This document shows, in pieces, positions 50,701 to 60,410 of a stretch of 64,000 nucleotides of DNA. Where the stretch lies: assembly GCA_000004985.1 (NCBI GenBank), contig GG738849.1; one strand, written 5' to 3'. Numbering within the stretch: the stretch's first letter is position 1; every line of letters starts with the position of its first letter. The notes under the pieces are model-generated. The model worked only from the letters and a program-made list of their open reading frames with translations. It searched no databases and was not told the DNA's origin. Both the position numbers and the translations under genes were made by a program. Source of the stretch: Naegleria gruberi. Lineage: Eukaryota.

Positions 50701-52367
50701 TCTTCCTTTGATTTTTCATCCATTCCTGAAATATTTTTGATTCTATAGGTGACACCTTCTCGCAAGAAATAGAGATCAAAAATGTCTGGTAACTTTTTGG
50801 AAAGCATTTCACAAATTTGCAATGCTGTTGTAACTTTACAAATGTCATCGCTGGAAAGAAGGGAGGCCAAAAATGTTGAAAATGGAATATTCTTCAATGT
50901 TTCTGTTAACATAGTAGCAGAAGAATGGTAAACAACAGTACCAATAATCTGCAATACTAAATTATTAACTGAGTCATTTTGACTTGATGAAAGCAAGTTA
51001 ATTAGTGGTTCTAATAATACATCAGTTGCTGTTTGTAACAAGATAGGCTCTTTTTCAAGAAGTGACTCTATTTGAGAGTCCTGTACAGTATCAGTTTCTG
51101 GTAGTGATTGGTCATTTGGTGGTTTTACCCCGGTCATCTTTACCATTAGCTTTTTTCTATTGGAGTGAGAGAGTTGACAAACTAATTCTTCATTTCTAGG
51201 CATCTTTGGAAGTAGTGCTAGTATAAAGTACATTATATCTAAAAAGCATTCATGAAGTCCTCTTTCATGAAGCAGTAAACCAGGTATTAAATTAATCAAA
51301 CCTTTGGAATAAATCTCTTTGGCAATTTCATTATTTGAAGAAACACTCTTCAACATTTTTAAAATCAAATTGAGTGAATTCTTTGAAGTTTTTTCATTAG
51401 AAATAATATCAATAGCCTGATCAATTAGAGAACAAGAGTTAATAAGTTTTGACAATTTTTCAGATTCCTTCAAGAATGGATGAGTTATTCTTGTTAAACT
51501 AACAATTGCATTTTCAACCATCAATGGATCTGATGCTGTTAAAAATCTTGAAATATTTGGAAGAATGTCACAAACTAGTTCAAAATCTGCTTTTCCAATA
51601 TTTTTAGATAAATTGGCAGCAATTCTTAAAATTTTCTTTTGCATATCTACACCAAAGAAATCAATATATGTTAATGAAGCCATTAAAACGCCTTCTTTGA
51701 GAAGTGCAGCACCATATTGATGAGAAAGGTGTTCAATAATTTGTAAAGATATTTCTGCCAAATCGATATACTCAATAACGAGTACCTTTGAGGAAATAAT
51801 TGAAATACCTCCATTAGAGGAAACAAATGAGCACGATGCAGGATAAATGTCAATCATATTTAACAATGTTCTAGCAGCAAATACCATCAAATCATATCTA
51901 TCGTCACTATTAGCCATAATGTTTAAAAGTTCTGGAATGAATCTATCTACTCCCATTCTACTGAGAGCTTGTTCATTAGATATGGAAACTATATTGCACA
52001 AATCTGAAACTGCATCGAATTGCTTTGTTGGATCACAATAGTCTTTCAATCCTTGCAGAATTTCTTCCATTCTTTCTGGAGGCAAATTACCACCTCTCAC
52101 GAATTGATTTCCATAATTTTGAATAATGTTCTCAAGAGTAAGCCCGCCAGTAGAGGTAAATGTTTGATCCGAATTTTGTTCGCTCATTTCTTCTTCGTCG
52201 CTAGAGTCTTCTTGATCAGAATCTATGTAGCTATTTGTTATTGTTGTTGTGCTTTGGTGATGATTGCTTTCTCTGCTGGTTGAACTCGCTTCAGCAATTG
52301 TTGTATTTTTAGAATGTGTTTTTTTTTGTTTGAAGGTTTTCGGAAAGAAGCCTTTGAATGATTTCAC
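47703..52367 (-). CDS. HECT-domain E3 ubiquitin ligase of the TRIP12/UFD4/UPL3 type (ARM repeats + HECT); 5' end unresolved
   Basis: The HECT domain ends exactly at the stop (...KEQLYKAIQEGQNAFHLS*), and the N-terminal half has armadillo-like repeats. The track start is GTG; the first in-frame ATG is at ~52187. The frame stays open about 360 nt further upstream without an ATG, so a spliced 5' exon is likely. Confidence 0.8.
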   Translation of the reverse strand: MKSFKGFFPKTFKQKKTHSKNTTIAEASSTSRESNHHQSTTTITNSYIDSDQEDSSDEEEMSEQNSDQTFTSTGGLTLENIIQNYGNQFVRGGNLPPERMEEILQGLKDYCDPTKQFDAVSDLCNIVSISNEQALSRMGVDRFIPELLNIMANSDDRYDLMVFAARTLLNMIDIYPASCSFVSSNGGISIISSKVLVIEYIDLAEISLQIIEHLSHQYGAALLKEGVLMASLTYIDFFGVDMQKKILRIAANLSKNIGKADFELVCDILPNISRFLTASDPLMVENAIVSLTRITHPFLKESEKLSKLINSCSLIDQAIDIISNEKTSKNSLNLILKMLKSVSSNNEIAKEIYSKGLINLIPGLLLHERGLHECFLDIMYFILALLPKMPRNEELVCQLSHSNRKKLMVKMTGVKPPNDQSLPETDTVQDSQIESLLEKEPILLQTATDVLLEPLINLLSSSQNDSVNNLVLQIIGTVVYHSSATMLTETLKNIPFSTFLASLLSSDDICKVTTALQICEMLSKKLPDIFDLYFLREGVTYRIKNISGMDEKSKEELMLEKMKKNTIAAYEKAEKERKEKEENQKKQAIEKNERIKNRENQPPQEVKEGETPQEEEKYEDPEKISVAWVHPHVEYPKIPKTSRLYTERSKKASFKNNELAVYAVTKAQLFYKDYITRTKDMKMESSGFIALQAIGKQLLTCKSEEEKLLTELRDLLIIDDSATYFEIINSNIIPTLIEYLSADTHDRKSRVYRFAQIFDQSIPAGKEKSRKSKNFSQSNDLEISLSVSNANDNPTYLSEFVRKLIDVFNSVENLNVNYSESITLLTGVGSVLRKFLKYFKLSMTNDENKKVVLLQANSLCKVRDVINYLQDNYSDEKEQSTEAQTIQIPDFSYFHINERDDDDEFIGNIGNIEVETPKSDEDTSYLLEDKAVMEDDKPSKQYSIILNGEVLNPNMTLFEVFYRKGTHNHPSGLNLGDTTQNLSFKISDLTEEVKDATMSEPNELLQSKEDVLLTHIFSHTSDKDTLIKEGIDKDAIDILELLKIMNFISKLAIVLPHTGGMKRVLLSSKIFLNPKLASKIVRSIQDPYYLFGNCFPHWLKLLIEDYGFLFTFDVRQLYFDLTTKGIARAILTIQNRYFKSRDRKARLIQIGKQKIKLSRSPNILQSAYKGLINLDTDRIVEFIFENEIGTGLGPTVECYNLVSRALQQSGLTIFRDEFVGEQKEADKFDRLVETKTGLYPRLKRLVDGKLPEKDAELYYFIGTFLGRAIYDGRVLDIPFSDALLKLLRGEKLTFYDIETIDPILYQQFCKLQKMCQKVNEIKSKSLSDQETAAHLLEITFGDDGKTRLEDLCLSFTVMGTDIELVEGGSDREVTLQNLEEYLRLVTNTILHDGIIQQVEMIRNGFNSVMGHNSIASLKCFSIKELSDIFVGADEEWTEQLLVEATKCDHGYTHSSRVIKTFFKILLQMTPSEKRDFLRFVTGAPRLPSGGIMSLRPKLTIVLKKADAGKTSDMYLPSVMTCTNYLKLPEYSSETIMKEQLYKAIQEGQNAFHLS

Positions 52368-53608
52368 TACTCGCCAACTAGAATTTCCAGAAGTTGGTTT
52401 TAATGTTGTTGCTGTATTGTTGTTATTATTACTATTAACAATATTAGAACTAGTTGTTGTGTTTCTTGAATTATTATTTACAGATGAAGAGCTGATTGTG
52501 ATTTGTTGATTTGAAAGCCTTGTTTCCTCTTGATGACTTTTTGATCTAAAAATAGTTTGATTGTCTGATGTTGAAGGTGTTGGTGTAACAGTGATGCTTT
52601 CAGATTGTTTTCTTTAATGTTATTCATGATAAACATGTTGATAATCGGATTGAACCTACCTCTTCTTATTCTTCTTGTTTTGATTTCTTCTCTTTCTCTT
52701 TGTACTACTCCCTTGCATAATATTGTTGAGTAAAGAGTTTTTTTTTAGTTTTGTAAATCCAACAAAATCTGGAAGCAAGCCTAATTTTGTGTTTGATTGA
52801 ACAAGAATCCATTAAGAAAACAAATTTTGAATGAAGCCAACACCAAAATAAAACAATTCAATTTATTAATACCTAACAAGTCGATGTGCTATTAATGAAA
52901 ATTTGCTAGTAACATTCTAATCCACTTCCATCCATTGAACTCTTCACAAGCATTCCCACAAGGAGTTATAAATAACTTGGATAACTCGTCTAAATACCTT
53001 GAGTTTTTCCAATAAGTCAAATACAATAGCAGCTGTCGAAAGATAAAACAAAAAGTCCTCATTGCTACCACCGACTTTCTTGCTACACCAGCGTTTTAAA
53101 TAGTTTTTCATAATAATAACAGTAACTTCATCAGTTAACTTTTTTGAATCAATTGTAGCATATTTTATTCCGACTCGAAAATCCCTCCCTCGAACTCTTT
53201 AATACATCGCTCTCATCACTAGCACTCACAGCTTTTCATAATAATATTACGCTTGGAGGAACTTGAGTCTTGCTGCGAACATCATCAACTCAAAAAAATC
53301 ATCAACAATCGATTAACTCTTCGTGATTTTGGTTACCTTTTCCAACTGTACTAGTATTTGACCATAGAATAGATTTTCATAGGTTTTCTGCTATTATCAT
53401 CATTAGAATTTAATCTCGTAATTTGGATCATTTTCTATTAGAGAAAGCGGAAATAACATACAGCTTGGTTAAAAAATCAAAATTTAAACTATTATTTAAA
53501 CACTAACTCAAACTCTAAAGTTAGATTATATTGGAATTTAAAGATCAAGAGAAATTCTTTCTTTTAACCGACGAATTATTTCTAAATAGGATCATCTTTT
53601 TTATTCTG

Positions 53609-55472
53609 ATGATAATTTCGGAACGACCAACAATGCAAATATCTTGCTCAACATCTAACACATCAGGTTCTTCTAATTCTTCTTCATCGAAGAAAAAACC
53701 ATACAAATCAGCTCTCCGTGAGGAGATGGCAAAAACATTTAACAAATTTATAGTTCAAGAAAGAGAGCAGAAAGTAAATGGAGAATCAAAGGCTAAACCT
53801 CTATTTGTAACAACACCATTAACCGCAGTATGCCCATCAAGTAATATCTTTCAACAAGGCTTATCTCAAGATACACCACATTCTGCTAAAGCCATCGGTA
53901 GTTTTAATCAAAGTATATTTGATTCATTATCATCACCAACTCCAAAACAAACAACAGAAATTAATTCATTCCAATATGTAACATTCTCAGAAGATGATGA
54001 TGAATACGCAAAACCGATTGATGATCTAAATAGTTTTATACAAACATATTTATCAGCAATAATTGATGATGAAGAAGAATATGATGATGGAGATGGTTTT
54101 TCTCTCATTACATCAAAACCAAAACCTTTAAAAACAAATTTTGACCTTGATTCAACAACAAGTACAATAAGCACAACAACAGATTATTCCTTCGATGATG
54201 AACCACCAACTCCAAAAACAAAACCAAATATTTCCACGTTTGGAGGTTGTGGTGGATTTGGCTTTGATTTTACTAGTTTGCCACCAAAAAACACATTTTC
54301 ATTTTCTGATGATCAAGGAGAATCACTGAAAAAACCACACAGTTTCACATCAACAACAACAAAGCAATTCCCTAAAAAAGCCAGTGTTGATCTCTTTGCA
54401 AAACCAATTCAATATGACAGATTAGATGATGAATTTCAAGTAAGTATTATTATTTTGTATTATTTCTGATCTAGTTTAATAGTCACTCAAAAAATTTGAA
54501 ACAAGATTACAAAGAAAGAGTGGAATGCATACAAGTGCATATAGACAACATAATTTAACAAAGAATAGGTATAAAAACATTCTTCCAAATGAGAATACAA
54601 GAGTATTACTCCAATCAAAGGAAAGATGTGAACCTGGATCAGATTATATCAATGCAAATCATATTATTACCCAAACAACTCAAAATTTCAAAAGAATTAA
54701 ATTATCCCCTCCACCTACCTATATTGCCACTCAAGCCCCTTTACCTTGTACATTTGCTGATTTTTGGAGAATGATCGTTGAGCATAATAGTACAATTATT
54801 GTAATGCTCAGTAGTGAAGTGCTATCTTCAGATTCAGAGAGTGATGAAAGTAACAATGCTGATCAATTTGATCAATGTTTTAATAAGAACAAGGTGAATA
54901 AGTATTGGCCTTCACTCTACGAGAAAAAACTTTATGGAGATATTGAAGTTGAAACAATTTCGGAAGAACAAACAACTTATGATTTCGTTTATAGACAATT
55001 TTTAGTTTTTGGAGATGGTCTGCCTGATTCTGGTAAGAAGATTCATTTCTATCAATATACAGGTTGGCCTGATATGGGAGTTCCAGATAGTACAGTTTCA
55101 TTCTTTAAATTAATAGAGTGCATTGACAATCTGATGACACAACCAAATTACCCAAATGGTCCAATTACTATCCATTGGTAAGTAGTAATATTTTTAATTT
55201 TCAATAATTAATAATTTAATATTAGCTCGGCAGGTGTTGGTAGAACTGGAACATTTTGTACAATACATATTCTCCTTTCTCAGTACAAGGAGTACCTAAG
55301 TTTACCAAAAGAAGAGCGAGATAACGATAATCCGTTTGATTTTAACATTTATAAAATTGTAAAACAACTGAAAAATTTGAGAGTAGGAATGGTGCAAAGA
55401 AAGGAACAATATAGATATTGCTACTATGGTGTTCGGGATGGAATTAAAGAAATACACTCACAATTTTTTTAA
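53609..55472 (+). CDS. Classical protein tyrosine phosphatase (PTP domain) with S/T-rich N-terminus, 3 exons
   Basis: Exons ~53609-54439, 54483-55177, 55226-55472 (1773 nt = 591 codons). Motifs NRYKNILPNENTRV and WPDMGVP. The catalytic IHCSAGVGRTG is split by a 48-nt GTAAGT..TTAG intron inside the Cys codon (TG|C). The C-terminal QTxEQYxF-like motif is present. Confidence 0.8.
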
Positions 55473-55508
55473 TAATAATTATTTTAACATTAACTTTTGT
55501 GAATGAAC

Positions 55509-57100
55509 TTAAAGTTCCGGTTGAGAAATAAATGGAATGATCCATGAAAGTAGATTATTTCTCAGACATTCATTCTGCTCTTCATTGGACATGGAGCTTA
55601 GAGAACTCAGAAATGGATGCTGTAATATTTGTTCATAGCTTGGTCTCTTATTTCTATCAATTTGAAGACAACATGCCACAAAATCAATCATTTCATTAGA
55701 AGCAAAGGCCTCTCTCAATATTTTCAAAGCATTATCCACATAGAGATTGAAATCAGTATAGCAACTGACAACATCTTTTGTTGTATCTTGAGGATGCTTT
55801 CCAGTGAATAATTCCACTAATACAAGTCCAGTACTCCACAAATCACAGTTATAACCATACTTTTCCTCTCTCAATCTCTGAAATTATTGTTTTGAAAGGA
55901 ATGCAATCAAATTAAACATACCTCAGGTGATAAATAAATTCTTGTTCCACAAATTGTATCGTAGGTTGTGTCATAAATACCAGAATTTCCAATATTAAGG
56001 TTTTTACCATTCGAAAGACCAAAATCTGATATTTTCACTTCACCATATTTACTCATCAATACTATATTATATTTCCACATTAAAATTCAATATTTTGTTT
56101 CACACAATTAATAAAATTCAATATTCCAATATTTTTAAATACTACATACTATTAGAAGGTTTAACTATTCATCAATATTTCAATAATCTCTTTCTCAAAT
56201 TAAAAACAACTTACTATCTCTATGAATAATATGTTTCGATCTCAAATATTGCAATCCCTCAATGACCTTCTTAATAATAACTGCACATTCCTTCTCTGAC
56301 ATGCAGGATCCAGAAGCATATCTCTGTAGAAATACTTGTGGAAGTTTTCTAATGGTTTTAACAATTTTCTTGATTAATTCCTTATTTCTCTCATTTTCCT
56401 GCTCTGATAAACGATCCACATTCTTAACTTCACTCCCCATTGGGAATAAACTTTTTGTAGATTCGGAACGAACTAAGAGTTTTAAAGTTTTTCTGGTGAG
56501 ATCGATAATGTTCATGATGGTTGATAAACTTCCAATATCCATGTATTCCATAACCAAGTGTACAGTTGTTTCCTTGTAGAAACATTCGTATAATTTTACA
56601 AGATGAGGTGATTCACTATTCGAAATGAAGGTAATTTTACAAAATTATATTCGAAATGAAGGTAAATAATACTCACCTTGTGTAGATGGTATGAAATTCC
56701 CTCCAAATATAATTATCCTTTTCATCATCCCACTTTAAATGAATCTTTTTCAGAGCATAATACTTTCCGGAAATAGTTTTAACTTTCGAATAATTATTAC
56801 ACATAAATTTGATGAGGACCTACCCAAGAAAACAGTTCCAAATTGTCCTTTACCTATCTGTATCATTTGTCCTGTCATTATTTCCTGTACAATTTCACTA
56901 TTTCCCTTGTCAATATATTGATTATTGACAATTTGTTTAATTCCATGTTCTCCGATGGCATATATAACTTTATTCGAACTTAAATCCATAGCAGTTATAA
57001 CAGAATCAGTTTTTAATGTAACATAACAAGTATGTGTTCTAGTAGTCTCATCATCTTCCATGTCATCTGCCAAAAAAGCTGACAAGTTTGCAGGAATCAT
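55509..57100 (-). CDS. Ser/Thr protein kinase, MAP kinase kinase (MEK/STE7)-like, 6 exons including a 15-nt micro-exon
   Basis: Exons ~57100-56824, 56782-56677, 56615-56215, 56164-56150, 56061-55922, 55877-55509, total 1308 nt. Motifs IGKGQFGTVFLG, YALKKI, LVMEYMDIGSL, HRD|IKPSN|ILM (the micro-exon encodes IKPSN), KISDFGLS, and SPERLREEKYGYNCDLWSTGLVLVELFTGKHP (MEK-like subdomain VIII/IX). Confidence 0.7.
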
Positions 57101-57243
57101 TTTTTTTCAATATTTTTAAATATCACATCCTATTTTCAACCTTTCCAAATAATTTTTATTAATCAATTTCATCATCCACTTGATTTCCATCATCTACCTT
57201 CCTTTTATATCAAAATTTACAAAATCAAAAACATAAAAAAAAA

Positions 57244-58024
57244 ATGTCATCATCACTAAGAGCTTTGAGAAAAGTTGATGAGGGAGAGTTTGATTTGAGC
57301 AAGGCACATCACGTTCGTTTAATTTCCCTCATCAGAACACAAATTGCCCATCCGACTGGTGATGGAGAAATTATTAAACAAGCAACGAATGGAAATTTAA
57401 CAAAATTGAAGGAATGTCTGGAGAATGGAAGTTGTATTGATGAAGTAGGTGATTCGGGGGTGAGTTTTTAATAGTTTCAGATGATGATAATGATCAATGG
57501 AAATTTGTATTTTGCGATGGAAAATTCATGAAATTGTGTGGTAAAATTTGAAATGATTTCGAATTGAAATTGTGTTGATGGGGGTGAGTAGAGAATTAAT
57601 GCATTGATGATGGCTATTCATAAGGGACATAATGAAATGGTCAAGTATTTATTGGATCAAGGAGCTGATATGCACTATATCAATCATTCGTAAGTTGTTT
57701 TATCAAATGATTAGTGATTGAATTTATGCAATAATATATATTGGAAATAGTCCTTATTGTGACACTGCATTGCATTGGGCTGCCTATTACAAAAATCCAC
57801 AAGCTTGTAAAATGTTATTGGAAAGAGGAGCTTTGGGTGATATTCCAAATTATTCTGGAGTGACACCTTTGGATGACGCACGTAATCATTGCAAGCAATG
57901 TGAAGCTCTCATTCAGGAATATTTGGAATGCTCTCTTGTTGCTAGGAAGAGAATTGAGAAATTTAGAGAAATGCTGTTGAAAAATCCATCACTGGATGTT
58001 GAAATTATTGTAACTAACTTGTAA
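57244..58024 (+). CDS. Small ankyrin-repeat protein (~195 aa), 3 exons
   Basis: Exons ~57244-57459, 57592-57689, 57751-58024 (588 nt). Introns are 132 nt (GTGAGT..GTAG) and 61 nt (GTAAGT..ATAG). Repeats GDSG/RINALMMAIHKGHNEMVKYLLDQGAD and DTALHWAAYYKNPQACKMLLERGA. Confidence 0.6.
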
Positions 58025-58211
58025 ATAATCACATTGTATATTGGACACCGAACGAATATCAAACTTTTACAATTTTAGAGATTTGTAAAACACAAGAAAT
58101 TGAATTCACATAGGTTTTTATTCTTTTGTTGAAATCTAAAAAGATTTCGTTGGAATAATTTATTTGAAATTACATAAATGCAACAAAAATTTCAGGGGCT
58201 CGCCACGTTTA

Positions 58212-58282
58212 CCGTCTCGGGAGGAATCGAACCTCCGTCAATGGATTCAAAGTCCACTATGCTACCATTACACCACGAGACG
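58212..58282 (-). tRNA. tRNA-Gln (anticodon UUG), intronless, 71 nt
   Basis: Minus-strand sequence CGTCTCGTGGTGTAATGGTAGCATAGTGGACTTTGAATCCATTGACGGAGGTTCGATTCCTCCCGAGACGG. It has a 7-bp acceptor stem, a GTGGA/TCCAT anticodon stem with loop CTTTGAA, and a T-arm GGAGG-TTCGATT-CCTCC. It aligns closely to typical eukaryotic tRNA-Gln(UUG). A T-run lies ~20 nt downstream. Confidence 0.8.
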
Positions 58283-58403
58283 AGCACATTATTTATATCA
58301 ACACCCCCAAGTGCTTAAATACTCTTCCATTAAGGGGATATCGTTTTCAAGCTGTTTTTCAACACTCTCCGAATTTTTGATCATTTAAATCAATTAGAAA
58401 AAT

Positions 58404-59504
58404 ATGCAAACACTCCCTATTGAAATTCTCACTGAACACATCTTTACTCTGATAATTGATTTCAATGATCAAAAATTCGGAGAGCAAATTTCCAACCTGT
58501 GTCTCGTGTGTTCGGAATGGGCAAATTGTTTCTACAATATTTCATCATCATCATCAGCAGAGAATGGTGAATTATTTTGGAGAGTCAAGCTTGACTCATT
58601 AAATAATAATAATTTAAATAATAATAATTTAAATAATCATGATGATGATGATAATTTAAAATTATTGAAAAATAAGAGAGATTTCAATTTTAGAGAATTA
58701 TTCATCCTACAAACAATTCCAATCTTGGATTTTCCATCAAATGAACGGGTATCATTTACTGGACCTGTGGGAACTGATCAGTTATTCTATTCTGGAAATT
58801 TCCAAAGTTGTAGAATTTTGAATGAGAATTCTCAAGGGCTATTGGCTCTCCATAAAAGGATAATGACGAATTGTTTACAAATTCTGCATGATGGAAAGGG
58901 GAAACACTTATCAGATTCATCTTATTCGTTAACATTTCTAAGAAATTGCAAAATTAATGCATTTTCATTGGTTGGTCAGATTGTAGATTGGAGGAGTGAA
59001 TTTGAATTTGAATATGGAAGAATTTATAATGAGAGAGTGGCGAAACCCTACTCTGAATTCATTGTTAATTGGGATGTAAGAGCAGTTCCAGGAGATTTCA
59101 TAGTCTCTACGACGGGTGATTTGATTGAACGATTGAAGAATGCAGTGCAATGTGTGGAAACTAGGAATGAAAAGGTGGATGAGTACTATTATTTTGTCAT
59201 GAGGAAAGCTCTTTATGAAACCTTACTGAATAGAAATGTGCAATTGGTAAAGATAAATGATATGACTCGATTGGATGATGAAGAGGATGAATATGAAATG
59301 AATGCTCCACAAGAGCAATTTCAAATACCATTCCCAAAAAACTTTGATGAATTGGAATCATTTCTTCAGGATAATTCAGTTTTAATATTAAGCAATCCTT
59401 TGTGCATAACATATCCATGCTCTTGTGATGTTTTTACATTCATGATATTTTCCAAAGTTCAGAAAGGACATGCAATTTTCCTGAATATTGAAAGTACTTC
59501 ATAA
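58404..59504 (+). CDS. F-box domain protein with an Asn-rich linker
   Basis: N-terminus LPIEILTEHIFTLIIDFNDQKFGEQISNLCLVCSEWANCF is a clear F-box. It is followed by NNNNLNNNNLNNHDDDD. The C-terminal region is unrecognised. Confidence 0.5.
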   Translation: MQTLPIEILTEHIFTLIIDFNDQKFGEQISNLCLVCSEWANCFYNISSSSSAENGELFWRVKLDSLNNNNLNNNNLNNHDDDDNLKLLKNKRDFNFRELFILQTIPILDFPSNERVSFTGPVGTDQLFYSGNFQSCRILNENSQGLLALHKRIMTNCLQILHDGKGKHLSDSSYSLTFLRNCKINAFSLVGQIVDWRSEFEFEYGRIYNERVAKPYSEFIVNWDVRAVPGDFIVSTTGDLIERLKNAVQCVETRNEKVDEYYYFVMRKALYETLLNRNVQLVKINDMTRLDDEEDEYEMNAPQEQFQIPFPKNFDELESFLQDNSVLILSNPLCITYPCSCDVFTFMIFSKVQKGHAIFLNIESTS

Positions 59505-59600
59505 TACTATGAGTACTCAACTTGAGAGAATTATCACAATCAAATTATTTCATTATCTATTTCTATTTATTTACAAGTTTGTTATCAGGAACCATAAATT

Positions 59601-60410
59601 TTACCAAAATAAGAAACTAGCCAACAATGCCATAAGAACCATCACATTGACATTTCCACTAAGAGAATTTCCCTCAGAAGCTGTTGTACCATTCATTGAA
59701 ACTCCCATTTCAACATATGCATAAAATCCAGCACTGATATCACTTGATGAAATTTGCTTCAAAGTCAACATTCCTAACACTCCATTATCTTTAAAAACAG
59801 AATCAGTGGAGAGTGAAGTTCTCTGGTTGGTATTTGAAGTGTAAGGTGAAACTTTTGCAACAGCATCTGTCATTGAATCATTGAATGAAAATTGAGAGGT
59901 CAATAGAAGAGTACTATCCTGCCAAATTCTAACATGAATGTGATTGTCTCTTCCAGTGTACCATCCTGGATATATAGTTTTGAAATATGCAACTGCACTC
60001 GAATTGGTAAATTGTTTTCCTCTAAAATAAGTATTGGTGTCTGTTTTTGGGTTTGCATAATTCTTGGAAGCTTCTTCATAGTGTGAATAAATTCCCAAAT
60101 AATCACAATGCCAAATTTCAACAGTGACATTCTGTTTGGTTGGAAGACAAGTGGCCAAATCTAAAATTGTAATGTAGAGATGAATTGGGAAACCTGATTT
60201 TGATTCTGTTATATCGGCACGATAGGGCATTCCTGAAACGAAGTATGGACCTTCAGTTTCTGATGGAGAGGCAATGCATGTGAGGGAACCTCTCTTGACA
60301 ATATCTTTTGGAGTAATGTATCGTTTTGGTCCATGTCCATAACATGTGCTGGCAATGATGGACGAAACCAGAAGAAACATAAGAAACCTTGTGATTGTTA
60401 AAGAATGCAT
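59601..60410 (-). CDS. Secreted intradiol ring-cleavage dioxygenase-like protein, probably GPI-anchored
   Basis: Signal peptide MHSLTITRFLMFLLVSSIIAS. Motifs GPYFVSGMPYRADI..., IWHCDYLGIYS, YFRGKQFT, GWYTGRDNHIHVRI (His-x-His iron ligands). Ser-rich C-terminus ends in a hydrophobic tail VMVLMALLASFLFW. Confidence 0.6.
   Translation of the reverse strand: MHSLTITRFLMFLLVSSIIASTCYGHGPKRYITPKDIVKRGSLTCIASPSETEGPYFVSGMPYRADITESKSGFPIHLYITILDLATCLPTKQNVTVEIWHCDYLGIYSHYEEASKNYANPKTDTNTYFRGKQFTNSSAVAYFKTIYPGWYTGRDNHIHVRIWQDSTLLLTSQFSFNDSMTDAVAKVSPYTSNTNQRTSLSTDSVFKDNGVLGMLTLKQISSSDISAGFYAYVEMGVSMNGTTASEGNSLSGNVNVMVLMALLASFLFW

Noticed and set aside
52601-52707. Candidate HECT first exon MQGSSTKRK... 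joined by a 48-nt GTAGGT intron
   Set aside because: On careful framing, the ATG is in a different frame and hits TAA after 13 codons before the GTAGGT. Only a weaker GTAGTA / 133-nt alternative remains, which is listed as a low-confidence finding.
58164-58388. 74-aa ORF MKLHKCNKNFRGSPRLPSREESN...
   Set aside because: It overlaps the tRNA-Gln gene on the opposite strand and has no start context. It is an ORF-finder artefact.
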